Positions 9,344-18,940 of a stretch of DNA of 64,000 nucleotides are shown in pieces (positions within the stretch are counted from its first letter, which is position 1; the number at the start of each line of letters is the position of its first letter). The DNA lies in the sequence record OR258281.1. One strand, written 5' to 3'. The notes beneath the pieces were generated by a model that saw nothing but the letters and a program-made list of their open reading frames with translations, did not search any database and was not told where the DNA came from. The position numbers and the translations under genes were made by a program.

Positions 9344-10348
9344 ATGAGTACAGATTATAAAAACCTTTTTAACAAGAATAAAAAGAAAGATTATTCTAAT
9401 CTGTTTTCTAATATAGAAAAAGAAGTACCAAGTACTACAACCTCTAATCAGGAATCAAGAATGGCGTATAAAAACTTATTCAACGATGCTGATAAAAAGG
9501 AAGAACCAAGTACACCAGAACCTAAAAAGGCATACAATAATTTGTTTGGTTCTAGTACTAATACTCCTTCAGAACCAGCAAAGAGTAAAATTCCAGTGTT
9601 TCCACAAGAAGCACCTAAACGAACTTCAATACCGCAACGTATCGTAGATCCAAGAGTTCCGGTTATTCAACAAATTGATGCAAAGATTAGTACTCATGCA
9701 GTAATAGAATGGATTGATAACTTTGATCTAAAGTTCAAAGAACTGAGTAAAGTTAACCAGGATTTATCACAGCGTGAATTAGATCTTGCAATGGACTTTA
9801 CTGGTGGTCGTACTTCGGTACAGAAGCTGTTTACGGACATTAAAATTACTGTTGGTAAACTGAAAGGGCCGGAAAAGAAACAAGGTTTTATTTCCCGGTT
9901 ACTTAGTACTCCAGAAGAATTTAAACTTACTCAGGATGTAATTACCGATGTTATCCAGAGTATACGAGTACTTCTTGAAGTTTTCGCAAGAAAGTCAAAG
10001 TACAATACAAGTATGTTTGTACGTTCTGAAATGCGGAAGATTGAAACTGATATTTCTGAATTAAAAAGTGAACTTCAATGTGCATTGGTTGCAAGTCAGT
10101 ACCTTAAAAGTACCGACGACTTTAAAGCACCAGCACTGTTGGAGAAAGTACAGAAATTAAGTACTTTAGTTGATCTGTCTGAAATTCAGTTAAAGAATTC
10201 ATATCAGCTTCTTGAAAAAGATATTGATTCATATGAGAACCTTAAGAACACTACAGTTCCGTTCTTGTATATTAAGATTCAAAGTCTCATGAACAGTACT
10301 TTAGATACTGAAGTACTCAACGTAATTAACGATATTGATAAACTCTAA
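9344..10348 (+). CDS. hypothetical coiled-coil protein with repeated YxNLF motifs in a disordered N-terminus
   Basis: 334 aa; sits between terD and the telA-like gene. Confidence 0.7.
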   Translation: MSTDYKNLFNKNKKKDYSNLFSNIEKEVPSTTTSNQESRMAYKNLFNDADKKEEPSTPEPKKAYNNLFGSSTNTPSEPAKSKIPVFPQEAPKRTSIPQRIVDPRVPVIQQIDAKISTHAVIEWIDNFDLKFKELSKVNQDLSQRELDLAMDFTGGRTSVQKLFTDIKITVGKLKGPEKKQGFISRLLSTPEEFKLTQDVITDVIQSIRVLLEVFARKSKYNTSMFVRSEMRKIETDISELKSELQCALVASQYLKSTDDFKAPALLEKVQKLSTLVDLSEIQLKNSYQLLEKDIDSYENLKNTTVPFLYIKIQSLMNSTLDTEVLNVINDIDKL

Positions 10349-10357
10349 GGGTATACT

Positions 10358-11464
10358 ATGTCATACGGTAATCTGTTTAAAGATAAAAACACATCTGCTA
10401 AAGAAACTACTGTCATTGATGCAGAGAAAAATACAAGTACTGGTACTTTTGAGCAAAGTGTTAAATCACTTCCAGTACTGAAAGATTCTAAGGGTAATAT
10501 TTTCAACATGACCCTTACTGATATTCCAAAATTTGGTGTTGTAAAAGATTCCAAAATGCAGGAAATCAACAACCAGATCCTTAATAAAACAATGGTTGCT
10601 GACAGTGGTGTTATGGCCCAAGGTTTTACCCAAATCATGGCACTTACTGATAAAGTAGACTTTGGCCTACTTCAAGAAACTAATGGTAAAGTAGGCTTTA
10701 TTGCGAGTATTCGTAATAAGTTCATTGATAAAAAAGCCCAAGTTACCGCACAATTTACAACAGTACGTACTCAGATCACTGCGATTGCTGCATCTCTTCA
10801 GGAAAAAGTTAAAGAGATGGAACAGGAAGGTATCTGGCTTGAACAAGCATACCGCATGAACATTGAAGAAATCAAAGAATGGGAACAGAACAAAGTACTT
10901 GTTGAAAATGCACTTGCACAGGCTGAAAAGTATCTCGGTTATCTTGGTGAACTTGACGATTCAAGTACTGAAGAGATCGAAGAAACGCGTATTAAGGTTA
11001 ATGCATTAAGTTCTCAAGCTGATACTGTTCGTAAGATGCATATGCTGAGTACTTTGGCTGCACCAGAAATTCGCATGATGCAGGTTACTAACTACAACAA
11101 CCTGACTAAATTCAATAACATTATTGGGTTAAGTATTCCGTTTTGGGAAAAGAAAATGTCCCTGGCACTTACCTCAGAAAAACAACGTCAGTCTATTGCA
11201 CAAGGTGCTGCAATGGATGACTTCACTAATAAACTTATTGAAGAAACTGCTAAGCAAGTTGGTAAGAATATGGTTGATTCAGCTAACGCAGCACAACGTG
11301 GTATTGCTGATGTAGATATTATGGTTGAAGCTACCAATGTTATCGTGAATGCAATGAAAGAAGCAGTACAGATCGATAAAAACGGTAACGAAACTCGTCG
11401 TCAGAATGCCGTGAAGATTGAAGATTCAATGAATAAAATGAAAGAAGCACTGCGTACCATTTAA
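10358..11464 (+). CDS. telA: TelA/KlaA-like toxic anion resistance protein
   Basis: Helical protein with APEIRMMQVTN..KFNNII..IPFWEKKM pattern; ter-cluster context. Confidence 0.7.
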   Translation: MSYGNLFKDKNTSAKETTVIDAEKNTSTGTFEQSVKSLPVLKDSKGNIFNMTLTDIPKFGVVKDSKMQEINNQILNKTMVADSGVMAQGFTQIMALTDKVDFGLLQETNGKVGFIASIRNKFIDKKAQVTAQFTTVRTQITAIAASLQEKVKEMEQEGIWLEQAYRMNIEEIKEWEQNKVLVENALAQAEKYLGYLGELDDSSTEEIEETRIKVNALSSQADTVRKMHMLSTLAAPEIRMMQVTNYNNLTKFNNIIGLSIPFWEKKMSLALTSEKQRQSIAQGAAMDDFTNKLIEETAKQVGKNMVDSANAAQRGIADVDIMVEATNVIVNAMKEAVQIDKNGNETRRQNAVKIEDSMNKMKEALRTI

Positions 11465-11488
11465 TAGTGATACACAGTACTGAATACT

Positions 11489-11511
11489 AACCCCGCTATG
11501 CGGGGTTTTTT
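11489..11511 (+). terminator. intrinsic terminator ending the ter cluster
   Basis: AACCCCGC-TAT-GCGGGGTT plus T tract. Confidence 0.8.
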
Positions 11512-11525
11512 AGTAGGTAAAAAAC

Positions 11526-11819
11526 ATGATCGGCACTTTTAATGTATGTACTAAAGTACTCAAACTCATCAAAACATATGTATTCGGATGGGATGTAACT
11601 GATCTCAGAAATGAAAGAAATGTTGTAATCAGGTTCTTGAGGAAAAGGTACGATGAATTTGTAGTACTAATGATACTTGCAGGTATCAGTGCAGTCTTTA
11701 ATCTTATATTAGGTTTGTTCTGTGGTCAAATAGGACAAATTATATCTTTCATTGATTTACTAATGAGTATCTTCAGTGCATATCTATTAGTGTCAGAAAA
11801 TAGAGGGCTATTACCGTGA
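11526..11819 (+). CDS. membrane protein
   Basis: Two hydrophobic segments. Confidence 0.6.
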   Translation: MIGTFNVCTKVLKLIKTYVFGWDVTDLRNERNVVIRFLRKRYDEFVVLMILAGISAVFNLILGLFCGQIGQIISFIDLLMSIFSAYLLVSENRGLLP

Positions 11820-12181
11820 TCTGGTTTATTTTATTTCAAGTTTTAGGTTTAGTTGCAGTACTTGGTATTTGGTACTTGATTCACAAAGTACGTAGGAATA
11901 AACATCCAGAAGATATGTTTACTGATCTACTTCTGGATAATATTAAGAAAGTACTAATCAGTGCAGGTTTTGTATTTGTACTTCTTACCTTATGCATGGT
12001 TAAGCCAATCTACTACAGTGCTAAGTGTTCTATTCATGGTACTAGTATGAATGCTAAAACTAAGTACTCATGGGTAATGGGTGAGTGTTTAATGGAAACC
12101 AAAAATGGTTCATGGATTCCGGTAAAGATTACTCGTGGCGTACCTGATGGAGCAGATGATCACGATTCTTATAGTGAATAA
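11816..12181 (+). CDS. membrane protein
   Basis: Two hydrophobic segments; coupled start. Confidence 0.65.
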   Translation: MIWFILFQVLGLVAVLGIWYLIHKVRRNKHPEDMFTDLLLDNIKKVLISAGFVFVLLTLCMVKPIYYSAKCSIHGTSMNAKTKYSWVMGECLMETKNGSWIPVKITRGVPDGADDHDSYSE

Positions 12182-12182
12182 T

Positions 12183-12644
12183 ATGACAATCCAAGAACAA
12201 CTTGATTACATCAGAAAGAATTTAACTTCGTGTGAATATGATAAGGACTTTCAAACAGCAGTACAATTTTATAACTATTGTGGCTCTTATATTGAAATAA
12301 GAACCGTATTCTTTAGTGATGAGGTTAATGACAAATCACTATGGATAAAGTATAAAGAAAATGACCAGTATTTTATTGCTTATGAAGAACGGGGTTTTGT
12401 TGTTAATAGAATTGCAGTTATTAAAAATCAAGTAAACTTATATAATGGTTGTTATTTCAGTAATAGTAGTAATATAGATGTTGAACCTAGATTATGTAAT
12501 ACTGAAGACTTAGATACTTCACTTCTTTTTAATTTGATTATTGATGGTTTTGGTGATTTTAAACCATGTGTAGATGCATATAAACTTATGGTTGAAATGA
12601 AAGATACTATACAAAGTACTTTTCGGGAGGCAGGATGGAGTTAA
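12183..12644 (+). CDS. hypothetical protein (possible weak member of the DEFFN family)
   Basis: ATG 12183 follows the upstream stop; C-terminal SLLFNLII. Confidence 0.6.
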   Translation: MTIQEQLDYIRKNLTSCEYDKDFQTAVQFYNYCGSYIEIRTVFFSDEVNDKSLWIKYKENDQYFIAYEERGFVVNRIAVIKNQVNLYNGCYFSNSSNIDVEPRLCNTEDLDTSLLFNLIIDGFGDFKPCVDAYKLMVEMKDTIQSTFREAGWS

Positions 12645-12755
12645 TTTTAAGTATTCTAACTTTGTGTGCATTTGGAGTACTAGGTGTTGCTTTATTCATG
12701 TTAGTACTAATAGTAATTTGTGCTATTGAAGAAATTTTATCTAAGAGATTTTAAT

Positions 12756-12914
12756 ATGGAAACACTACTTTTTACTTTAACAATTCTAATGCTAATAATG
12801 TGTGTTGTAGCTGTTATTAGTATTTTTGGATTTGTTGTTTATATGATGTACTCTATGATATGCGATGATATTCAAGATCGTAAAAAACGTAAGGATTATG
12901 ACGAATGGAACTAA
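12756..12914 (+). CDS. small membrane protein
   Basis: Single hydrophobic helix with a charged tail. Confidence 0.5.
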   Translation: METLLFTLTILMLIMCVVAVISIFGFVVYMMYSMICDDIQDRKKRKDYDEWN

Positions 12915-13034
12915 TTTTAACCATACTGGCATGGTGGTTTGGTATTACGGTGTTAGGTCTAGCATTAGTTGGATTCTTCGCTATAATGTTATTTTGTGAT
13001 GTAGTAGATGAATTAAACAGACGATAGGAGAAAT

Positions 13035-13514
13035 ATGATTGTATTCGAAGATGATGATTCTGACCTATATGATCCTTTAAATGATGGAATCACTCATATC
13101 AATACATATAGTCGTGGTAAAACATTATTGGGTAGAATGCTCTCTAATTTTTATCACGCACCTTTTGAACATCCAGAATTTGGTAAGTTCGACTCAGTTG
13201 AAGGATTCTGGTACTGGTATAAAACTGGTGCTAAATATGACACACTGAGAAACCTTAGCGGGTATAAAGCTAAGGAAGAAGGAAAGAAGTACCCAACCGT
13301 TGAGGTTGATGATTTTTCTGAAAGAGTACTAGAATGTTTAGTACTTAAAATTACTTCCAATACTGAAATCTACAATGAATTAAAGGATAGTACTCTACCT
13401 TTTGTTCACTACTATTACTATGGGGAAGAAAACCCTAAAGTACATAAAGTACCTAGTGGTGATTGGTTAATGGAAGCACTGGAAGATATTCGTAAATTAA
13501 TTAAGGAAGATTAA
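13035..13514 (+). CDS. NADAR-like phage protein
   Basis: HINTYSRGKTLLGRMLSNFY..F..SVEGFWYWYK resembles the NADAR LSNF..SVE motif; GGAG SD. Confidence 0.5.
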   Translation: MIVFEDDDSDLYDPLNDGITHINTYSRGKTLLGRMLSNFYHAPFEHPEFGKFDSVEGFWYWYKTGAKYDTLRNLSGYKAKEEGKKYPTVEVDDFSERVLECLVLKITSNTEIYNELKDSTLPFVHYYYYGEENPKVHKVPSGDWLMEALEDIRKLIKED

Positions 13515-13515
13515 C

Positions 13516-14661
13516 ATGGAAAAGATTTATAATACTGCTCATACTCGTATTTGTACCTATGATGATGCACTAAAACTACTTGAAAGTCTATCTTTACAGA
13601 CTGAGTTATCTATACTTGCTATGAGCCATAATGAATCTGGTAAAGTAAGTATTACTTATTCATTCAACAAGGATGTTAAAGAACAACTAAGCCTAGAAGT
13701 AATAGCGTCTTATATTGTTAAAGCCAAATCTGACATTTACTCTTATATTATGGAAGACAAGAAACGAAATCTTGATGAATCTGAAAAAGTAAAAGAGTTT
13801 GTAGCAGAACCAGTACTACCTAAAGTAGCTTCATTCTTTGAAAACCTTCTTACAAAGTTTGAAGAAGTAGCACAAGAAGATAATCCTGAAGTACTAAATC
13901 AGATTACTGCTAAACTGCAAGAAGCGGCAGACGATGTTTCTAAAATGGATCTGTTTGACTATGAACGACCAGCAGCCCTAATGAAACAGGTACTGAATGG
14001 ATATAAAAATGCGTTGAATATTCCAGTAAATGAGGTACTATTTCATAAAGATAAAACTGGCAACTTGAAACTTAATGAAGGTAAAGAACCGCAACCAACG
14101 GAACAAAATTTAGTAGAACCGAGTATTACAGTGATTGATGATACTGAACAGCGTAAAAATGCCAAAATTATGCGTGATATTCTTCATGCGGTTGAAGAAG
14201 CAGATAACGGCACTTATCACAAGAAAATTGCCGACGAAATTGATTCTAAAGTACTTGCATATAATGCTACAATTGATAGTGTACTACCATTACAGAAAGA
14301 GATTTATGATCTCGTCCAAAAGCTTCCTAATAAAGAAAGCTATGATGTATTCATCAATGAAAGCGGTAAGTTTGAAGTGGTTAAAGTACCAGGTGTTTCA
14401 GTACTGAAGAACGTTAAGTTCGGTTCACAACGTAGTACTTCTGAATATGATGTACTTTATGTTGACATGTATCATAATGGAGTATTCAGTAGTGAAAATG
14501 CAATTCCAGTTGGGGCAAATGCAAAACACATTATGTACAGTACTACTAAAGTACCTTTTGAGCGTTTTACTATTACACGTTCTGGTAATAACTTTATTGC
14601 GGTTGAAGTAGTAGAAGATCTGGTAGATGAAATTACTCGTCTAGCTGGTGTTAAAAAATAA
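13516..14661 (+). CDS. hypothetical protein
   Basis: 381-aa acidic ORF. Confidence 0.7.
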   Translation: MEKIYNTAHTRICTYDDALKLLESLSLQTELSILAMSHNESGKVSITYSFNKDVKEQLSLEVIASYIVKAKSDIYSYIMEDKKRNLDESEKVKEFVAEPVLPKVASFFENLLTKFEEVAQEDNPEVLNQITAKLQEAADDVSKMDLFDYERPAALMKQVLNGYKNALNIPVNEVLFHKDKTGNLKLNEGKEPQPTEQNLVEPSITVIDDTEQRKNAKIMRDILHAVEEADNGTYHKKIADEIDSKVLAYNATIDSVLPLQKEIYDLVQKLPNKESYDVFINESGKFEVVKVPGVSVLKNVKFGSQRSTSEYDVLYVDMYHNGVFSSENAIPVGANAKHIMYSTTKVPFERFTITRSGNNFIAVEVVEDLVDEITRLAGVKK

Positions 14662-14670
14662 GAGGTAATT

Positions 14671-14886
14671 ATGTTACGTTCACAACTTGAAGTAGATTTT
14701 CCTAAGTTCAAAGATCGCCTGTTCTATACGAAACAGGAGGCACTGGATTCAGGCTTAAGCGGCACGGTGTACATTGGCTCGCCTGCGGTGCACAGCGTGT
14801 GTGAGATTAACACACGTGAGGTCAGAGGTAGTACTGAAGTGGTGAAGGTTATCAATTACACTTGGACTCGGACTTATTGGGACTGA
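14671..14886 (+). CDS. hypothetical protein
   Basis: GAGG SD; followed by a terminator. Confidence 0.6.
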   Translation: MLRSQLEVDFPKFKDRLFYTKQEALDSGLSGTVYIGSPAVHSVCEINTREVRGSTEVVKVINYTWTRTYWD

Positions 14887-14901
14887 GTAAAATTAGATTA
14901 G

Positions 14902-14925
14902 GGAGGCTTCGGCCTCCTTTTTTTT
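14902..14925 (+). terminator. intrinsic terminator
   Basis: GGAGGC-TTCG-GCCTCC-T8. Confidence 0.85.
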
Positions 14926-15000
14926 GGCTCAAAAATAGGTTGATTAACACGGATGATATGATATAATTTTCAGAATTGTTTAGTTCTTGAGTTTTGGGAA

Positions 15001-16593
15001 ATGCCTAAAAAGTTTACAAAAGAAGATTTTATTTCAAAAGCTATTAATATTCATAAAAACAAATATGATTACTCTAAAGTTGAATACATTAATAGTAGAA
15101 CCAAGATTAAGATAATTTGTAAAATACATGGTGAATTTGAACAACTGCCATATGTACATTTTACAAGTGATGGTTGTTATACATGTGGACGAGAAACAAC
15201 TCGCGATAAAAATAAAAAAGGTAAAGAACAATTCATAAAAGATTCAGTTTCAATTTATGGTACTAAATTCAATTATGATAAGGTTGATTACTTAAATGCT
15301 GTTACAAAAGTAATCATCACCTGTCCAATCCATGGTGATATACTAATTAGACCAAAAGACCATATATTTAAAAAGAGAAGTTGTAAACACTGCAATTTAA
15401 TATCTAAGAATGGTAATAGAAGAAGAGGTATAACAAAAAATACAGAGGATTTTGTAAGTAAATCAATAGAAAAACATGGAATGAAATATACTTATGAAAA
15501 AACACAATATATCAATTCCAAAGATAAAGTAATAATAACATGTACTGAACATGGAGATTTTGAGCAAACACCTAGCAATCATTTAACTGGTTTTGGTTGT
15601 TCAAAATGTTCAGGTACATTTAGATACGACACTGAATCTTACATTGAGAAGGCATGTCAGGTACATAACAACAAATATAAGTATGATAAAACCATTTATA
15701 AAATGGGAAGATCTAAAATAATAATAACATGTCCTATTCATGGAGATTTTGAACAGGTTGCAAGTGGTCACCTATCAGGAAATGGTTGCTCAAAATGTGG
15801 AGGAACCGAAAAATTAACAACCGAAATTTTTATTCAGAGAGCAAACAAAGCACATAAGGGATTATATACATATGAAAAAGTAAAGTACGTAAATCTTACT
15901 ACCAAAGTAAAAATTACTTGTCCTACTCATGGAGTATTTGAACAGAGTCCTGATAAACATATAGAAGGAAATGGTTGTAAAAAATGCTCAGGAATGGAAC
16001 AATCCAATACAAATGACTTTATAAAAAAATCTAGCATAATACATAATAACATATATAATTATGATAAAGTAAATTATGTTACAGCACACAAAATCGTTAC
16101 AATAACTTGTCCAGAACATGGTGATTTTGAAATTACACCCAATCGACACTTAAATGGGTCAGGATGTATTTTATGCTCAACTGGTGGTGGATATAGAAGA
16201 ACTAAAATAGGTTATTTTTATATCCACAACATACATGACGAAAATGGATGTGTTAAATATTACAAATTTGGAATTACTAATAATCAGAGGAAAAGATTTC
16301 AAATACTATCTAGAAATAATAATGTAACTATAACTCAGTTTAAATGCTTTAAATCTGATAATGGCGAAGAGATTATAAATTTAGAATCATTCATCAAATC
16401 ATCTGATATAAAAACTAAAGTACTTGAACAAACTAGTATGTCAGACGGGTATACTGAAACTATAAATGTAGAAGATTTACCTAAACTTATGAAAATAGTT
16501 CATAAATTTATGAACAAAGAGGGTTCATCTATTGTAGAAACGAGTTTAGTTACTGATTTAAAAGTATATAAAAAGAAAAATTCTACTAAGTGA
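15001..16593 (+). mobile_element. free-standing homing endonuclease with six zinc-ribbon repeats and a C-terminal GIY-YIG-like domain
   Basis: Six CPxHG.F....HL.G.GC..C repeats; GYFYIH..YYKFGITN; very AT-rich; only one AGTACT site. Confidence 0.75.
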
Positions 16594-16610
16594 TATAATG
16601 AGGTTAAAAT

Positions 16611-16784
16611 ATGAAACGTAAAACAGATACACGTACTGATTTAGAAGAATGTAAAGCAAAGATTGAAGCATTACTTAAAGAGTACAATTGTACTGTTTGG
16701 GGTGTACATGATTGGTGTAATGTAGTACTTGAAGATAAAGATACCAAAGAAACGGTAGGATTAGGTAATGAGAAAACATACTGA
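16611..16784 (+). CDS. small hypothetical protein (paralogue of the next gene)
   Basis: Translated by hand: MKRKTDTRTDLEECKAKIEALLKEYNC..; GAGG SD. Confidence 0.65.
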   Translation: MKRKTDTRTDLEECKAKIEALLKEYNCTVWGVHDWCNVVLEDKDTKETVGLGNEKTY

Positions 16785-16920
16785 AGACCTACAAGAGTGT
16801 ATGGATAAAATTCAAGAAATTCTTGAAGAGTATAATTGTGAAATTGATAGTTCATATGATTACAGTCATGCATTCCTCCGTGACAAAGATACTGATGAAA
16901 CGATTAGTTTTGGGAGGTAG
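16768..16920 (+). CDS. small hypothetical protein (paralogue of the previous gene)
   Basis: Translated by hand: MRKHTEDLQECMDKIQEILEEYNC.. Confidence 0.65.
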   Translation: MRKHTEDLQECMDKIQEILEEYNCEIDSSYDYSHAFLRDKDTDETISFGR

Positions 16921-16922
16921 TA

Positions 16923-17294
16923 ATGTACAATCTTAAAGTAATCAAGCAAGTACTGGAAATGATTCAGAATCCTTTGACCCGTAGAGAATATCACGGTATA
17001 TGGTTTAATCTGAAATTCTACTACGAAGACTTTGCCGATGTGTCTCGTGAACAAAGTAACAAAGATGTTTCACACTTCATGAAAGATTGCCTTACTTCAT
17101 TGTATGGTGAATACATTCCATATCCACTAGAAGCTAATTCTAATAACCCTAGAAGGGAGCATTATCGGATTGAAAAGAAATGGAGTAAGGATTGTAAAAC
17201 AGGCAAAGAACGTGTTGAACTACTCAAGAAGATGATTCAGTACTGCAATTCTGTTCTCGAAATGAGAATCCAAACTCAGAAAACTATTTCTTAA
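16923..17294 (+). CDS. hypothetical protein
   Basis: GGAGG SD; 123 aa. Confidence 0.65.
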   Translation: MYNLKVIKQVLEMIQNPLTRREYHGIWFNLKFYYEDFADVSREQSNKDVSHFMKDCLTSLYGEYIPYPLEANSNNPRREHYRIEKKWSKDCKTGKERVELLKKMIQYCNSVLEMRIQTQKTIS

Positions 17295-17357
17295 TCATCG
17301 TTGATTTCACAAGCCCATTTGCGGTATAATGGGCTTTTAAGGAATCTGGAGAAACAA

Positions 17358-17531
17358 ATGAATCAGGAAACTAAGCTTTTTCAATTCAAAATTCGTCGTG
17401 TATATGCTGATAAAGTCAGGGATAGTAACTATCAGATCCCGGCTACAAGCCGCGATGAGGCACTCATCAAATTAGGTCAGACATTCAGTAATTCAAAAGA
17501 TGAATATGAATTGACATTAATTGATGGTTAG
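17358..17531 (+). CDS. small hypothetical protein
   Basis: GGAG SD before ATG 17358. Confidence 0.55.
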   Translation: MNQETKLFQFKIRRVYADKVRDSNYQIPATSRDEALIKLGQTFSNSKDEYELTLIDG

Positions 17532-17542
17532 CATTACGAATT

Positions 17543-17923
17543 TTGTTTGTATTACTGAAAGAACACCTTCATATTGAATACATACTAGGGGCAATTGTGG
17601 ATATAATTGATTTTCTACAAAATGCAACGGAAGTAAAAAATTTACCAAACCGGTATAATTTTTATTATAACGAAATAAGATATAAAATTGACTGCACTAA
17701 ACTATCAATTACTATACTAAGGGAAATTACATTAAGTGATATTATGGGAGCGATAAATGGAAAAGCTCCAGAAAATCATATACATACGTTTTTTGTACCT
17801 GAATCAGAAGACCATGCATTTAATTTATCACTAATGTGTATAGATCATATTCCATATGAGCATTTAGGTACATATAAAAGCTTTATTTCTAAAATTGACG
17901 TAAGGTGTTTAAGTGAACATTAA
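17543..17923 (+). CDS. DEFFN-motif family protein
   Basis: EDHAFNLSL near the C-terminus. Confidence 0.6.
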   Translation: MFVLLKEHLHIEYILGAIVDIIDFLQNATEVKNLPNRYNFYYNEIRYKIDCTKLSITILREITLSDIMGAINGKAPENHIHTFFVPESEDHAFNLSLMCIDHIPYEHLGTYKSFISKIDVRCLSEH

Positions 17924-18218
17924 AGAATTTTTAGAAACAGCAGTACTTTCAAGTCTATTGACCTATCAATACAAAGGAAGGGCATATACAGTTAAGTGTA
18001 CTGATACCTACATTCGTATTGCATTAAAACTACGACCTTTGATCTTAACATCAACTACAGGTTCAACAATCGATTCAAAAAGAGATATTTTCATTTTTGT
18101 AATACCTGAAGCAGTTGATGACGCTTTTAATTTGAGTACTACGAATGAACACGTACTTCCCTTTGAACTTCTTGATTTGTACTTAAAATTCAAAAAGAAT
18201 CATGAAACAAAGAACTAA
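17913..18218 (+). CDS. DEFFN-motif family protein
   Basis: DDAFNLST; paralogue of the previous ORF. Confidence 0.6.
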   Translation: MNIKEFLETAVLSSLLTYQYKGRAYTVKCTDTYIRIALKLRPLILTSTTGSTIDSKRDIFIFVIPEAVDDAFNLSTTNEHVLPFELLDLYLKFKKNHETKN

Positions 18219-18231
18219 TGTGTTCTATACT
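18203..18231 (+). promoter_or_regulatory. phage-type promoter TGAAAC-N17-TATACT (copy 1)
   Basis: One of five copies with identical spacing. Confidence 0.7.
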
Positions 18232-18235
18232 ACTA

Positions 18236-18940
18236 GGGAGACTTGAAAAAGCCTCCCTTTTTTACAATCCTGATTGGTGCACCCGTTTAGTAGTGGTGAG
18301 TACTTAAGAGTTAGTACTTGCTTGGTGTAATGATATATTCCTGATCCTATCGAAAACGTAGATGGCAGATGAGTTGTCCAAACAGAACGATGAGCAAATG
18401 AGACCCGTGAAGATTTTACAGTGCACGGCAATGCGGCTCAATAAAAGTACCGGATAATACCCCGTAGGTACTCTTGATAGACATATATGGCTAAGACCCA
18501 TACCAAATGGTATAAGGGAATCTAAGTACTATACCAGATTCTGCTTCTGATTTCTATAATATAAATCCGTCCAGAATTCCTGAGTACTTCAGATAGATAT
18601 TAGTATTGATCGTATTGTACTAATATTGAGTGTAGTGATGAGCTACGACCGTTGCATATGAACAGTGATAGGAAGAAACCGGGCAACCCGCTTCCGTGTA
18701 TACAATACAATTCACAATACGATTGAATGATGACTACCAGCGTCAAAATTAGTTTATTCATCCCTCTTGTGGGGGATGGAAATGAATTCAGTCAAACCGC
18801 GTCAAGTAGTAATTGCTGTTAAAGCTATCTATAATTGTAGTAGTTTTAAAATTAATTATAACTGATTTGATATGAGAAATGAATGAACGTAGTGAATTCA
18901 TTACGAATGAAAATCTTGACTTACGAAGTAAGGCAAACAA
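18236..18940 (+). ncRNA. candidate large structured non-coding RNA (or replication origin region)
   Basis: About 700 bp with no credible ORF, directly behind a promoter, with many hairpins. Confidence 0.4.
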
